DNA from: Tubulanus polymorphus
Taxonomy: Eukaryota; Animalia; Nemertea
Assembly: GCF_964204645.1 (NCBI RefSeq)
Contig: NC_134027.1
Coordinates: 12,680,485-12,744,484 of the forward strand
Length of the DNA stretch: 64,000 nt
Direction of reading: 5' to 3'
Shown here: positions 25,421 through 38,875 of the stretch, in pieces
Layout of the letters: each line of letters begins with the position of its first letter
Position numbering within the stretch: the first letter of the stretch is position 1
Notes under the pieces: generated by a model
Seen by the model: only the letters and a program-made list of their open reading frames with translations
What the model was told of the DNA's origin: nothing
Databases searched by the model: none
Position numbers and translations under genes: made by a program

Positions 25421-27897
25421 TCATAGTTTGCTTAGTGTAGAATGCAGGGATGTGTGCGGAGATGTTTGAGCGTTGATTGGCTCATTAATAGTCTAAGAAG
25501 TATCTCTTGACAAATGTGGTTTGCCACTATATCTATGACATAATACAAGTGGTCCATGGACCTTGAGACTTATCCCATGTAAGTAAATCTGATGTTCCAG
25601 ACCAATAGGCTCAGGCCTCCTCCAGTCAGTGGTATTGATGATGATGTAATCATAACTTTCGTATTGAATGAGCCGAAAATGATGTAAAATAATTTTTCTA
25701 TCCAACATTTTTTACCATGATTATTATGAAAAGTAGAGCTTAAAATTGTTGTGTGCTAAATTCTAGAATCTAACACGAAATATCTTGTAAATCATCGAAT
25801 ATTCTATTTCAAAAATCAGGGTACATAGACCTATGGCGAAGTGCATTTCAAGGAGTTTTCCGTGACATTTTCAAATTTTTCAAATCTCAAAATTTCTCAT
25901 GTAACATATTAAGTAGCGCAGCAGCTATCAATACAAACCCTGACTCCCCAACCTCACATTTACGACACTTTTGTTGATAAATATTTTCGGATTTGACAAA
26001 TTTTCACTAAGCCTGAAAATTAACCCAGTCAGGTTTTCACCTTATTTAGCCAGCTGATTTCGTTTAACAATGATGGCTGCCAGACAGCCATTGTGAATCT
26101 GATCAAGCCAATTTTTGGGCTGCAGATATGACTAGGGTAGATACATGTATATAATAAATATCAAGACAACCACTGAAGTCGCTTCAAAACTTTTCGAAAT
26201 AACTAGGTTCCATCTATGAAGACATACAGTGAAAGACTGATGCAATAGCATAGCCAGCAGGGACTTAAGCATACAGGCCAGCATTGGGATAACCACTTTC
26301 AGTATTTTTGGTTGAAATTTCCCTTTTTTCAGAATTCTGTACCCATTTTCAGTAACATTTTCTTTCGCAACATTTTCAGTATTTCAATATCTCAGTCATA
26401 TCTTCTGATTTTTACCTTAAAATCATTGGTAGTCAGTGAGTAAATTGGATCAGTAACATTTCGTAAAAAGAAACGAAATTCTTAATATGGACTTTCTTAA
26501 ATTTACATGAGTGTATGTTTAATCAGCATCAAAATTAAACATTGGTACTCTAGATTAGAGATTATAAGCAGAACAATTGGAAAATAGAGAAAACTTGGAT
26601 TGAATTCAAATGATTGGAGACTTTTTACAGATAATTAGATCGAAAATAAGGACGGAACATATCAAGAAAAAAATGTCTTTTTTCGAATTATGAATGGAAA
26701 CGCATAGGCCTACTTATCTTCGGCGTGAAGTTTTTGGCAGAATTTCAGAGAATCCGTGCTCTAAGTAATCAAAAAAGCCTAAGATGTCCCCCTTGATTGA
26801 ATCCAGAAGTTTTCACGAAAATCTGTCTATTGATACAATCTCCATCACACACAACTGCATGACGATTCATCATGAATATACATGGTAGCGGGTTTTTCCC
26901 ACTGACTCAAATAGACACTCTACATGGTGCGAGGTGCGATGATTTCTATACACTGTGTAGGCCGCCTACGAAGTTTGTTAGACAATTTATTTTCGTAAAA
27001 TTGAACAATTTCCAAGTTCCCAATTTTACTGCCCTTCTATAAAGTTCACTGGTTTTCCCGGCCAGCCGCGACGAACCCTGGCAATTGAATCATTTGCAGT
27101 TTCCAGGAAAACTTCAACTACGTCACACGCGAGGCGTGCTTTTCATATACATGCACAGATCTATACATCACATAGCAGCGAGTCTGTAATGAGCACGTGT
27201 ATGAAGCCCTAAACGGGCATGTGTTCTTCCGAAATGAAATGTAGTTCCAACAACAAATAAATAACTAAATTGATAAATAAGCAACAGATTCCCATGAAAT
27301 TCGATAGGGTAAGAGCTTTTATTACTGCATTGAATGTTTTAAAAGTTCCAAAGAGAAACTGAGCCTTGTTTGGAAATTATTTTGTACCAAAGGAAGAAAG
27401 TTTCATATGCGATAACAAAATTGACTTCGCTAAAGAGTGCATAAAAAGTAAAATGCTAATATCTACTTTACACAGCTTGCTCTTAGAGGGGAAGGAAAAA
27501 TAAATATCCGGAAATAGCTAGTTCTATTTGTCTTTATGGCTCTACATCCACAGTTCTTCAGTGGTACTGGTGTATTGGCCCGGATCAGACTCGGGGCAAA
27601 TTTGGCCAGTGCCTAATTAGAGAGCGCGTTCACGCGCAAACTATTCACTCGATACTAAACAATGCTCAAACAAAACTAAGTGGATCATTTCCGGTGCCAG
27701 GGTGGATTCGGGGGCTTGAGGAGTAATACGCAAGGCAGATACGGGCAGCTTGAGCACTAATGGGTTAAGTCCCAAGTGGGCTAACTATGCTTAAATTCTT
27801 AACTTATGCTCCAACTAATGCTTCTAACTCATGTTAATCAAATCGCTCATTATCTATATCTCAAAAATGGGTATGTATCTAAAATCAAGCAACTCAC

Positions 27898-28296
27898 TTG
27901 TGGGGGGACACCATTATCTGCATTAGTAGAATTCCCTGCTATCACAGTAGTCGATACAGGTGATATGTTTGACTGTTGCTGTTGCTGGTAACGTTGGCTA
28001 TAGGGAACATATTTTGACTGAGATGAATATGTACGCTCTGAACCCTTGTTAATAGCATCTCCATTCGTTAAAGGATTTGCGGTTTCTTTGTTGAGATTAT
28101 TTGGTTTATTGTCAGATTTATCAAATGATTCCCTACGCAAAACCGTATCAGAATCACGACGATAATTTCCACCAAATGTTGACCTGAGAACAGGTCGGTT
28201 AACGCCCGTGCTATCTACACTACTACTTCCACTGCCAGACACCCTTGTGCTAGCTGTAGTATTACCAACAGTTGATGATGCCGATCCTCGAATCAT
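27898..28296 (-). CDS. SEPTIN7: Putative alternative 5' coding exon of septin-7 (Ser/Thr/Asn/Gln-rich disordered N-terminus, MIRGSASS...GVPPQ)
   Basis: 133-codon open frame from ATG ending CAA|GTGAGT in phase 0, matching the acceptor at 22102; not repeat-like; 5' boundary (first vs internal exon) uncertain. Confidence 0.7.
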
Positions 28297-29099
28297 ATCC
28301 GTTTCAATCTGTATATCCACATTTAAATATAAGAACTTGAAATATTTTCCAATAATATAACTAACACTTATTCCTATACAACGCTAAAGAGTGCAATAAT
28401 CAGTATACCATATCTACAGACTGAGTGAATGCGCATTAGTTATCCAATGCTGAATGCAAGTGCGTCACACAAAGGGAGCGCTGCATGATGATTCATGGTT
28501 AAGAGAAGCATCTGCTAGCTAGTGGAGAATACACATCAGCGAAAATACATGTATTTTTGATATCAGATATAGAGCAGAGAACCAGCTTTTTATCAATAGT
28601 TGATGCCATAATAACCTGAATATTTAATGTAAATTTTAACTGGAACGCTAATATCATTACCATGTCATTTCTTTTTGAACAATAATAAAACAGTATTGAA
28701 TCAATCAAATATTTCATTTCGTGGAATTCTAATTCTAATTCTATAGTTGACTCCTAAACCGGTACAGTTGGGATCTTCATTTTTCTACCGAATTAGGTGG
28801 TAACTGGTTTGAAGAATCACAAAAATCAATGGAAAGAAATAGGGAATTATTGAGCCTAATGGCCGTCAAATTGTATTGCTACTTTCTTTGCAATTTATAC
28901 GATTAGACCATATAGTAGTGAATCACTAATAGTTTGCTTCCTTATAACAGACACAAGTCCTTCAATGGTCTTCATACGTTTCTTGTTTTATGACGATTTC
29001 CTCCATTTTGGTACACTCATGATGAACTTACATAGTGAAAAAAAAAACTATAGCCAATTTAGGTCATGAGTGTGCAGTAGTAGCAATATAGGACCTAAT

Positions 29100-30207
29100 A
29101 TGAATCACCAAGATATAGGATATTGACAGTAGGGCAGGGGCAATTGCAGTGGGGGATTTTCGCATATGATCTGGTACATGCAAATATCGCTCTGATCAAA
29201 CATGTTTGATATTTTCGTGGCGAATATATTCGCATAGTATTATGTCCGCTCAGATGGCTAAGATGGTCACATGAAAAACATTTTGAGAATGGATTCAAAT
29301 TATTTTAAATTATTGGGAAATGAATTTCCAGTTGAAAGGCTACTTCTTTAAGATCTTTATCTTAAAGAAATAGCTCAACCAATAGGGAAGTTTCCAGTTT
29401 CCAGGCGCCATTTTGAGGCGGTTCCACAGGTCCTGCATTGTTGGACAGATTTTCACATTTTTAAACTAAAACCTTTAGCGCGATTCATTGTAGTCCATCC
29501 CCCTTTTGCTTTAAAAACTTAAGTCATGTATCGTTAGAAAGGTGGCAATTTCTTTTTTCTGATGGTGTTTTATTTTATTTTTCTCGGCTGCAATAATCGA
29601 ATACAGTTACAGTTTAAAAAAATATACGTCACTTTAAGGAAGGCGCCTCAAAAAGATTGGGAATTTCGTGTTATTGACTGTAACTTTTTCATGTTTTGAG
29701 ATAAAATGTAGAATTTTTCATTGAAGATAAAGAGTTTTATCTGAGGATTTTGTTGATCATACTTTCGTAAAAATATCTTCATAGAAACGCGCGTGGCCAC
29801 CGGTTGGGTCAAGCGCAAAGCGCACATGAGTGGTTGACCGTCAATTTTTCTGCATACGCGTATTACGCTATTTTCATGGCAATTTTCTAAATTCTAAGTT
29901 TGTCACTTGACACTAACTAGCGGTCAAAATTTGTACTGTGTATATTCGGTCTCTGATAGGCTGGAATTCCTGCCTTCAGTTCTGTCGCATCACAGATGAG
30001 CTTATGTTTTGTTGGTTGCGATAAAAAGCACATGTCGGCCTAGTGTAGTCCAGAGAAGAACATGGGCAAATAGCCGGATATGGCTTGTGGTGAGTCAGTA
30101 GACGTCGCATTTCTATCACAAGCTGGCTTACGTTGAATGGATACAGCAGCTTACACCCAGTTGCATCGGTAGGCATCGAGTCGCTTGTCTAAATAAGCCA
30201 GCCCTAA
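29100..30207 (-). mobile_element. Partial Harbinger-family copy with a nested fragment of a CAATA-terminus element
   Basis: Ends gtcgcttgtctaaataagccagccc; insert begins caatagggaagtttccagtttccaggcgcc near 29380. Confidence 0.55.
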
Positions 30208-30212
30208 GGTTT

Positions 30213-31124
30213 ACTAAAAAGAGCCCCAAGGGGCACCATGGCCAGCCTGTCAGCTTTTTATAAAATGGCAAATGATGCATCTGTGGCTGGGTTAAATTTG
30301 TCCAAATACACTCCCAGCTCATAGACTAGTCAATCCCAGGCTAATAATTCACACAATTGAATTGTGTTTTCATAAGTAGCACAGACAGCGACTGGAGCTA
30401 GCAGGAACAAACACCTCAGATAAATTTTTTCCCTTGGTCTTATTGACTTGAATGTTGAATAGAATTGAATTTTTCTGAAATTTGTTCAATGAAATAAAAT
30501 TGAATTGGATTTGCTGTTTTACCTTGTTCAATAATGTAAAATTGAATTGGATTTGATTTGATATTTTTTGCAAAATAAAATTTGATTGAATTTCCATTTT
30601 GAGCACATGACTAATTAGCATATCAAGGTCATCCATCCGATTTGAGAAAAAGCTATTTTCCCGGACTTTGCACAATTGTCAATGATATTTTCTGTAGTGC
30701 AAATAAAAATATTCCTCCCAAAAACCTAATCAATTTAAGATTTCACAGAAATCGATATTGAAATACAATTTAGATCTTAAAATAAAACCCAGAAGTAAAA
30801 CGGTAAACGATACCTCGGATTCACGTGAACACCTGCTGATCAATGCGGCTAAGCCAATCATAGAGGAGTCTTTGCTTTCTGATTGGCTTTTTTAAAACAG
30901 ATATTTTTGCAATCAGATTTTCACAAAAAAGCTCATATAAATTTTAATGACCCCTCTTACAAAATGCAGCTTCATAGGGGTTGGAGAATGGATAATGCTC
31001 AAATGAATGATTTGTATGAATATATGCTCAGTTGCACAGTCAAAGAGCCTTTACTCTGGAAACCATGTCATTTAAATTCGCTCCATCTGTATAGTAATAG
31101 GCTCAGCCAACGGCTGGCTAAAAA
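30213..31124. mobile_element. Family A element, near full-length copy
   Basis: Colinear with 716-1452 and 24504-25420. Confidence 0.75.
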
Positions 31125-31610
31125 CTGCATTACCCCAATTCCATGTATTAAGGAACAATTATCACATATGAACACTGCCTATAAGGTCAGGGTAAGATAG
31201 GTTCCTCAAAAGACTTCTTTAACTTTGGATGAAAAGTAAATCTAATAGTTCACTGCACTGGGATGAAAGTTGAGTGGGCAAACTAGATTTCATCTACAAA
31301 TAATGGAAGGAGGGATGAAAACTGAACGCAATAGTGGGCTAAAATCCGATAGTTGGTAGTTCTGAAAGATGTATTGAAGCATGCACTTTGAAGAAATGAG
31401 ATATTTCCATAACCCCATTTAGCAAAATTGGCGAGTTATTGAAAATTCATAACTGTACCAAATTCTGAATCATACATATAGTTATGACATATCATGCAAT
31501 CAACAATTCAAGACACAGAGGTTAATATGAAATTTAATACAAAGGATAAAGACAGTTACGAAACAATGAAAGAATAATTTACATTAAAATACAAAGCATA
31601 TCTCACTCAC

Positions 31611-31637
31611 CGCAGCACTAGCCCTTGCATGCTGACT
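31611..31637 (-). CDS. SEPTIN7: Putative 27-nt frame-preserving microexon of septin-7 (SQHARASAA)
   Basis: ctgcactattttgcgtgtttcag acceptor, GCG|GTGAGT donor, open in phase 0-0. Confidence 0.6.
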
Positions 31638-32642
31638 CTGAAACACGCAAAATAGTGCAGAATTCAGATAAGTTATAAGTAAATAGCATAGGTTTAGGCC
31701 TATTACTGGAGCTAATCAGAATTCAGAGACATGATACTATGCAATAGACATGAAATTTAGATCAGAAATGGTAAGGTCTAAATTGCATTGAAAAAATGAA
31801 CACCACAAAAACCTTGACCGGTATTCGATGCATCATTATTTTTATCTTAATATGAAGACTTAATATGTAGTACAGTGCTATAAGCATTTCATGAACAAGC
31901 AATATGTGGGTTATAATGTGTAAAATACAAGTTTTCTGCTTATATAATTCTCTAAGTACAATGAGGCATTTTAAAAACAAAACGTTAGTCAAGAACAAAT
32001 ATATGGGCCTATTTTAGATCAGTTAGTTTTTTGATGCAGTAAAAAAACCGTTACAAGTCTATACTATAAAGAGGAATCAATGTTTTTTGGGAACCAAATC
32101 CTGCCCTACGTAAGACATCCCTAAATCGCCTTCCTACACTTAAAGGTAAATATAATTTACTTAAGAATTAATTTCATGACTAAAATTAACAGGGAGACCA
32201 ATGTCGTTACGAAAATCCTCTACAATCGATTGCAGCGCGGCCTTTAAAATGCTGGTTAAGCTACCGATGACACAATGCGCACATACAGTGTAGACATAGC
32301 CCACACTCTCTTTAAAGACACCGGTGACCCAAACCACCTAAAAAATCTAAAAATGGAGATGTATGTTCAGTGATTTTTTTCATAGTTAATCAGCTTGAAA
32401 TGTCCAGAGGCTATTTTGTTTTTCCCCCAGAAACTACAATAACGTATTTCACCACATCTGCAGCAATGACTTAACTAGAGCCCCAAGGGGCACTATGGCC
32501 AGCCTATCAGCTTTTCATAAAATGGCACATGATGCATTCAGTGGGTTATATTCGTAAAAATAAACTCCCAGCTCAATACCAATAATTTACACAATGCCAT
32601 AGTATTTTCATAAGTAGCATGAACGGATAATATAATAAAAAG

Positions 32643-32833
32643 CCACTATGTACAATTAAAAGAATTCAAAATCGAGAATTTATTTCTAAAATGTAAAAAC
32701 ACGTTTTCGATCTCACACTAGAGATCATCGTCAGGTGATCTGACGATGATCTCTAGTGTGAGATCGAAACGTTGTGTTTTTACATTTAAGAAATAAATTC
32801 TCGATATTTAATTCTTTTTATTGTATATAGTGG
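32643..32833. repeat. Inverted pair of Penelope pseudo-LTR fragments, each with a hammerhead core (about 90-bp arms, 5-nt spacer)
   Basis: CTGACGA-tgatctc-tagtgt-gagatc-GAAAC on + (32740-32770) and mirrored on - (32734-32703). Confidence 0.75.
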
Positions 32834-33049
32834 GTTTCTATCATATTTTAGGAAGTTTTCAGGGGCATTTATGTACTCGTTATAGTTTCAGAGCTGCCAA
32901 CCCATGAAAATTGTTTTGAGGGACAGAGATCCCCATGTAAAATCTAGCACTTATCTTATGCATGCCCGAAGAAGAGAGCTGCATCATGAATGAATGTTCC
33001 TTAAAATTCACGGACAGGAAATCTAACTCAATGCGTGGGAAAGTTAAGA

Positions 33050-33190
33050 ACTGACTGCTAGCTCTACAGTGTTCACTTGCCATATTAAATCATTCCTGGG
33101 GACCGTCTGCTAGCGCCACAGTGTTCACTTGCCATATCATATCATGTCAGAGTACTGACTGCTAGCGCCACAGTAAACACTCGCCTTGTT
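33050..33190. repeat. Short tandem repeat, about 53-bp unit x3
   Basis: ctgctagc(t/g)c(t/c)acagt...cact(t/c)gcc repeated three times. Confidence 0.7.
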
Positions 33191-33383
33191 ATATTCACTC
33201 GAGACATATATCGATTACATATACTGCTAGCGAAAAAGAGCCAACTTTCCATTGAAAACATTGAAATTAATAAAAACCGTCACAATTTCCGTGACAAAAA
33301 CTAATTGTTTGATAATCCGTGACATTTTAGTGCTTCCCGGGACAGTGGGACAAACGATGAAATTCCGTGACTGTCCCGCAAAA

Positions 33384-33777
33384 TGCATTCACACTAGGAA
33401 ATTATTGAAGGCCTATTTGCGGCTTATTCAGTTCTGTACTGAAATACGCGGCTTATTAAGCGCGGAATGCGATTCAGCGTCGAAAATCCGATCTCAGTAC
33501 GGAACTGAGCTGGCCGTGTATTTTCTGTAGTGTGAACGCAGATTCGGCGCTTAGCTAGCCGCGTATTCACATCCTCGTAGTACACAACACTTAGCACTAA
33601 TTACACTCCCCTCTTTTGGCACACTGGGTGACTACTATACTGGGCTTACTAAGTGCCGAATCGCGACTCATAGTGTGAACGTAAATGGCTGTATAAGCGC
33701 TGTATTTAAGTGAATTCGGCACCAGCGAAGTATGGTAGGCCTACTTCGTAAGCGCCGAATCTAGTGTGAATGCGGCT
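33384..33777. mobile_element. Harbinger-like MITE
   Basis: gcattcacactag ... ctagtgtgaatgcggc inverted termini. Confidence 0.5.
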
Positions 33778-34051
33778 TATATCAACCTCCAGCTTTGTAT
33801 AGTGTTATTTATTGAAGTGGTTGGTAATCTAAGAACCATGTGCATAATAGGTACACTGGTAATGGACAGCATACTGCTTAGTGTATGCATAGGGGGAGTA
33901 GATACAATGGTATTCATAAAGATTTCTCTTGAATCTGAAATTCCCTGACTTTTCCCCAATTTCAAAGGAAAAAGCCCAGATTCCCTGATTTTCCCTGCAG
34001 GGAAAAATAATTCTGAAATTCCCTGATTTTCCCTGATCTGTACGAACCCTG

Positions 34052-34645
34052 CTTATTGATTTGAATGCGGAATAGAATAGAATTTTCAGAAATTTGCTCA
34101 ATAAAACAAAATTGAATTGGATTTGATGTTTTACTTGTTCAATAAAGCAAAATTGAATTGGATTTGATAATTTGCAGAATAAGATTTGATTGAATTTGCT
34201 GTTTGAGCAAATGGCTAATTAGCATATCAAGGTCATCCATCCAATTTGAGAAAAAGCAATTTTTCCCGCACTTTGCATAGGCCTAATTGTAAATCATATT
34301 TTCTGTAGTGCGAATAAAAATATTCCTCCCAAAAACCAAATCAACTAAATAATTCACAGAAATCGATCGTGCAGTGGAAGTGCAGCTACTGCAGCGAGAG
34401 CCCCGGCAATAATTCACTGAATAACATTTTTTTCATTGAATACCACGTTTTTGAAAAAATTAAGTAAATTCGCCACGGCAATATTGAGAACCTGTCCAAA
34501 ATCGGTATTTGGCCGCAGCAATCAAAAATTGCTTCCAACGCGCCTGTCTTGAAATACAATGTAAGATCTTAAAATAAACCGGAAAGTTAAACGGTAGACG
34601 ATACCGTGGGTTCACGTGAACACCCGCTGATCTTTGCGGCTAAGA
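34052..34645. mobile_element. Family A partial copy, interrupted by other inserts
   Basis: cttattgatttgaatgcggaatagaat... shared with the copy at 778 onward. Confidence 0.65.
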
Positions 34646-35444
34646 TCTCTGTCGATCTCTACATCAGTTTTTGCCAGTTGCAGGGACCTGAGCGCTTCTA
34701 CAACTGACAGCGACGGAAAAACTGCCAGTCGCTATGAGTTGAAAAATATTCAGTCAAAAACAAAAATACGCGCTGATAAACATTGGCGGCGCTATTTTGC
34801 TCAGCAACGCGTCGCAGAGACTACCACTAGTTATGCGGCGTTTCTATCGACCTGAGCGCTTCTGTAACCGGTTTCCAATATCCAACTAAAATGACCTTCA
34901 CTTTGCCGCTGTTTATGGGTTCGCGTCCTGCTATATAATGTTTATTAAAACAATTATATTTGGGCCACTTTTTGTCAATAACTGACTTTTTGTTCATTCT
35001 ATAAACACTGATGAATATAACAGTCTTCATCTTGAAATAGACTCTAAAAAATGATTTTCGAACGAGACTAACAAACTACTTTATCACCTTACTATTAGCA
35101 GATTGAATCAAATTGAATTGATGAAACCCTGCAATGAGACGTGGCTTAAATCAAGAAATATCTGAACTAAATATTCAGTCAAAAACAAAAATATGTGCTG
35201 ATAAACATTGGCGGCGCTATTTTGAACAGATCACGTGATCAATTGAATCGTGCGTTGCAGCAACGGTCGTAGGCGACCTGAGCGCACAGCTGATTAGCAT
35301 TGAATAATTCTATCAGTTGCTGGCAGTCGTTGCTGTAAGCGACCTGAGCACAGTCTACAACTAGTGGTCTTCAGTTGCCCCTTATGGCTTTTGCCTGAAA
35401 TCCTCGGCATATTGGTAATATCCTGGCGAACGTAGGTTGCTTTA

Positions 35445-37945
35445 AGGCTGGCTTATGTCGACAAGCAACGCGACGTCTACTGACTCTTATCGACGCAACT
35501 GAGAGCAACTGCGATCGCAGCCCAGTTAATGTCCACTGCGCTCCGATTCGCAGCAATAAAGAAGTTTCCAGTTTCTAGGCGCCATTTTGTGGCGGTCCCG
35601 CGAGGTCCCCATTGTTGCGATAATTTGCGCCCATTTTTAAAACATAAGTTTAGATTGAATATCATATAGTTCTGCAGTCCCTTGCTCGACGAAATCGATT
35701 TATACACCATTTTAAAGGAAATTAAATGCAGATATTTGCTGGCGATTCTTGGAACTTTTGAACTCAACAATTGAGAACAGTGACGATGTGAAACCAAGGA
35801 CCGCATATCTAAACCGTGCGTAAAAGAAATCGCAATATTTATTAATTTCAAAATATCTAAGTATCTCTTCAAGCTATATTTCCTATTTTCACTGAGGTTA
35901 AAGAGGGTTATTTGCAGCTTAAGCCTGCGTTAAAATCTTTTGAATATCTTACCTGACGAATGATCTGTACCTGCTTGAGTTTGAGATTACGCGCAAAAGG
36001 GGTTATCCACTGCACATTGCAATTTCACTGAACATTGAGATTTGCGACAAGAAATTTTAAAATGCAATTTGATTTCTTCACATTTTCCATGGGGATATTT
36101 TGAGATGATAATCCATATCTTGTTTGTACCGTATTTTGGCGGGGGCAATTCGTTAATCTAGTTTCGGGATCCGGTTTGTCCCGCTATTGAAGTGTGAACG
36201 GCCCAGTTGAGGAATTGTCGTATACAGCCTGTCCAGCCTAGCGCCGATTTTGTGTTCGGTGAAATCAAACGTTTTAGAGTCGATGGTGAAATGTGCCAGT
36301 CAATTTAAACGCTTAGGACATATCTAACACATATCTCTCTCTGGTAATCCCTCATTCTGGGATCATACGATGAATTTATTTAATGAATCTCAACCTTCTT
36401 GCTGGAAAACATCGACCAGAAAACCTTACTGATATAAAATTCCAATATAATATTTAAAGGGGTTCATATCTGTCCCCCATTTGATATTCTGTTTTAGGGG
36501 GTCAACGTCCAGTTTGGCAACTTTCAGCTGCGCCACATATTCAAAAATATATAAAAACTTAGATTTTTTTTCTAGTGTCCAACCATGAGTGGTACATTCG
36601 GTTGAAACGCAAATTAGGTTCTCAACTAGGCCACATTTGCAACCAACACAGAAAGTCCCCACTCTTACAAGAAATCCTTTAATTTCCCAACGCTACAAAA
36701 CTCGAATTCATCAAAGCACTCAAAGTCCATTTTCAACCATACGAAAATAAAGGTAATATATAACCATCAGAAGCAATATTGATAATTACAAACCAGTATA
36801 AAATCTTATTTTTGCGATTTCCTTTCACAAATCTCAATGTTCAGTGAAATGGCGGTGCACAGTGGGAGACCCCTTTTGCGCGTAATCTCAAACTCAAGCG
36901 GGTACAGATCAGTCGTCAGGAAAGATATTCAAAAAAATTCAACGCAGCCTTAAACTGCAAATAACCCTCTTTAACCTCTGTGAAAATTGGAAATATAGCT
37001 TTAAGAGATACTTAGATATTTTAAATTATATAAATATAGCGATTTTTTTAACGCACGGTTAAGATATGCGGTCCTTGGTTTCACATCTTCACTGTTCTCA
37101 ATTGTTGAGTTCAAAAATTCCAAGAATCGCCAGCAAATATCTGCATTTAATTTCCTTTAAAATGGTGTATAAATTGATTTCGTCGAGCAAGGGACTGCAG
37201 AAGTATATGATATTCAATCTAAACTTATGTTCTAAAAATGAGCGCAAATCATCGCAACAATAGGGACCTCGAGGGACCGCCACAAAATGGCGCCTAGAAA
37301 CTGGAAACTTCTTTATTGAGCCCGACTAGCGGGATACAAGATCCTCCCAGTTCCCTGCTTATGTTGGTTACGATTACTGGCAACTGCAATGGCTCAGATG
37401 GTCATGTGATAAGCATTTTGAGAATAAATTTGAATTATTGGGAAATACATTTCTATTAGAAAAGCTATTTCTTTGAGATCTTTATCTTTCTGATTCTGTT
37501 TTGAATACAATGTGCTATAAGTGATATCATATAAAGATGGCCGCTCACACCATAAGTCTACCAATTTCGTTTCTACATCTTTGGTCCAGTCACCTGCCAT
37601 GCTGAAGGTTTGGTTTTAGGTTTTGAAGTACTTGAATTTGAAAGTTTATGACTAATTACGAATGACGCTAACTAGCGGTCATGATTTGTACTATGTTTAT
37701 TTGGTCTCTAATTGGCTGGAACGCCTGCGCTCAGTTCCATCGCGTCGCAGATGAGCTTACGTCGGTTGCGATCGAAAGTAACTGTCCGCCTACCGTAGGT
37801 CGGAGTAGAACATGGTCAACTAGCCGGATACGGCTTGCGACGAGTCCGTTGGCGTCGGGGTTACCGTCGCAAGCCGGCTTATGTCGATAGCAACAACAGG
37901 CGGCCTCTTATAGGCCGCTAGTTGCTTGTCGACATAAGCCAGCCT
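35445..37945 (-). mobile_element. PIF/Harbinger deletion derivative carrying a MADF/Myb-like N-terminal fragment (37394-37600)
   Basis: Perfect TIR aggctggcttatgtcgacaagcaac, TTA TSD; ORF WTKDVETKLVDLWCERPSLYD...KDKDLKEIA is MADF-like. Confidence 0.8.
35554..37318. mobile_element. Foldback-type element with about 500-bp TIRs, CAATA termini and 2-bp TSD (AG); CACTA/EnSpm-like
   Basis: 35554-36050 is the reverse complement of about 36820-37318; solo ends at 52424-52484 and 58331-58365, variants at 29380, 41266 and 55290. Confidence 0.8.
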
Positions 37946-38550
37946 TTATCTGGCGAAGTCTTGACAATCAGTTTTTACAAGGATTGCAAAAGCCTGTCGA
38001 TTGTCAGAGGGGGATGGGTACAGACAGCAGCAAAATTTTTGACTTAGAAGTTCATATCCTTCAATATTGACATCCTGTAGCATCCTTGAATTGTTGACAA
38101 GTTAAATACAATTGAATTCATACCGCAGAGAACGATTCAGTCCCTAAGACTCACAGAATTAGTCCAGACTTGGACACGACATCAAATGGAAAATACCTTT
38201 TACTTCCAGTATTCTTCTTAATTCGGCTTAATCATTAAACTTCACACATGGTTCGCTCTTTTAAGCCGTGCTAAATTAGACCAAACTAAACTATAGCAGA
38301 CTTATTTGGAGCAGAATTTTTGCACATGTGAACGCTTGGTCTGGTCTAAATCAGACCGGACCAAATTTACGCGTGTCTAAATGATGTCGTGTGAACGTTC
38401 CTTGTAATTGGCAGCGATTGTTTTTGCAATTCCCATGAAACATGAATAAAATTTAAATGGATGTTTTTCATTGAATTACATTTGATTCAATTGGATTTGA
38501 AGGGTTTAGCATAATAAAATTAAATTGACTTGAATTTTCAATCCAAACTT

Positions 38551-38875
38551 AAGTCTCAGGCACACTGGACGATTCAGTCGGCCGACTCGATCACCCGACT
38601 CAATCGCCGGCGATTTTCTCATCTAGCCGAGGCTATTGGGCGATTGAGTGCACTGCTGTTGCTAAAAAATCTAGCTGCCTTTTTTTATCACATGAACCGC
38701 TGAAGAACTGTGATCGGCTGGTTGAATACGGTGCGAACGATCGCCGTAGCCTGACGCACTAAATCGCCAGCAAAGAATCAAACGAAATTGGATTCGGGCG
38801 ATTCCATCAGCCGACTCAATCGCCAACCCTGACACACTGGGCGATTTTACCGATGAAATTGCCCAGTGTCGCCTT
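38551..38875. mobile_element. MITE (cacactgg.cgatt family), related to 55740-56770
   Basis: ggcacactggacgatt ... aattgcccagtgtcgcc. Confidence 0.55.

Noticed and set aside
30370-31200. 101-aa and 105-aa ORFs
   Set aside because: Inside non-coding repeat family A; no recognisable domains
35477-35872. 131-aa ORF with a near-identical partner at 37066
   Set aside because: Chance ORFs in the two arms of the inverted repeat
38124-38143. 20-nt phase 1 to 0 bridging exon candidate
   Set aside because: Open frame, but weak acceptor with an intervening AG; the CT exon has much stronger signals. Not fully excluded
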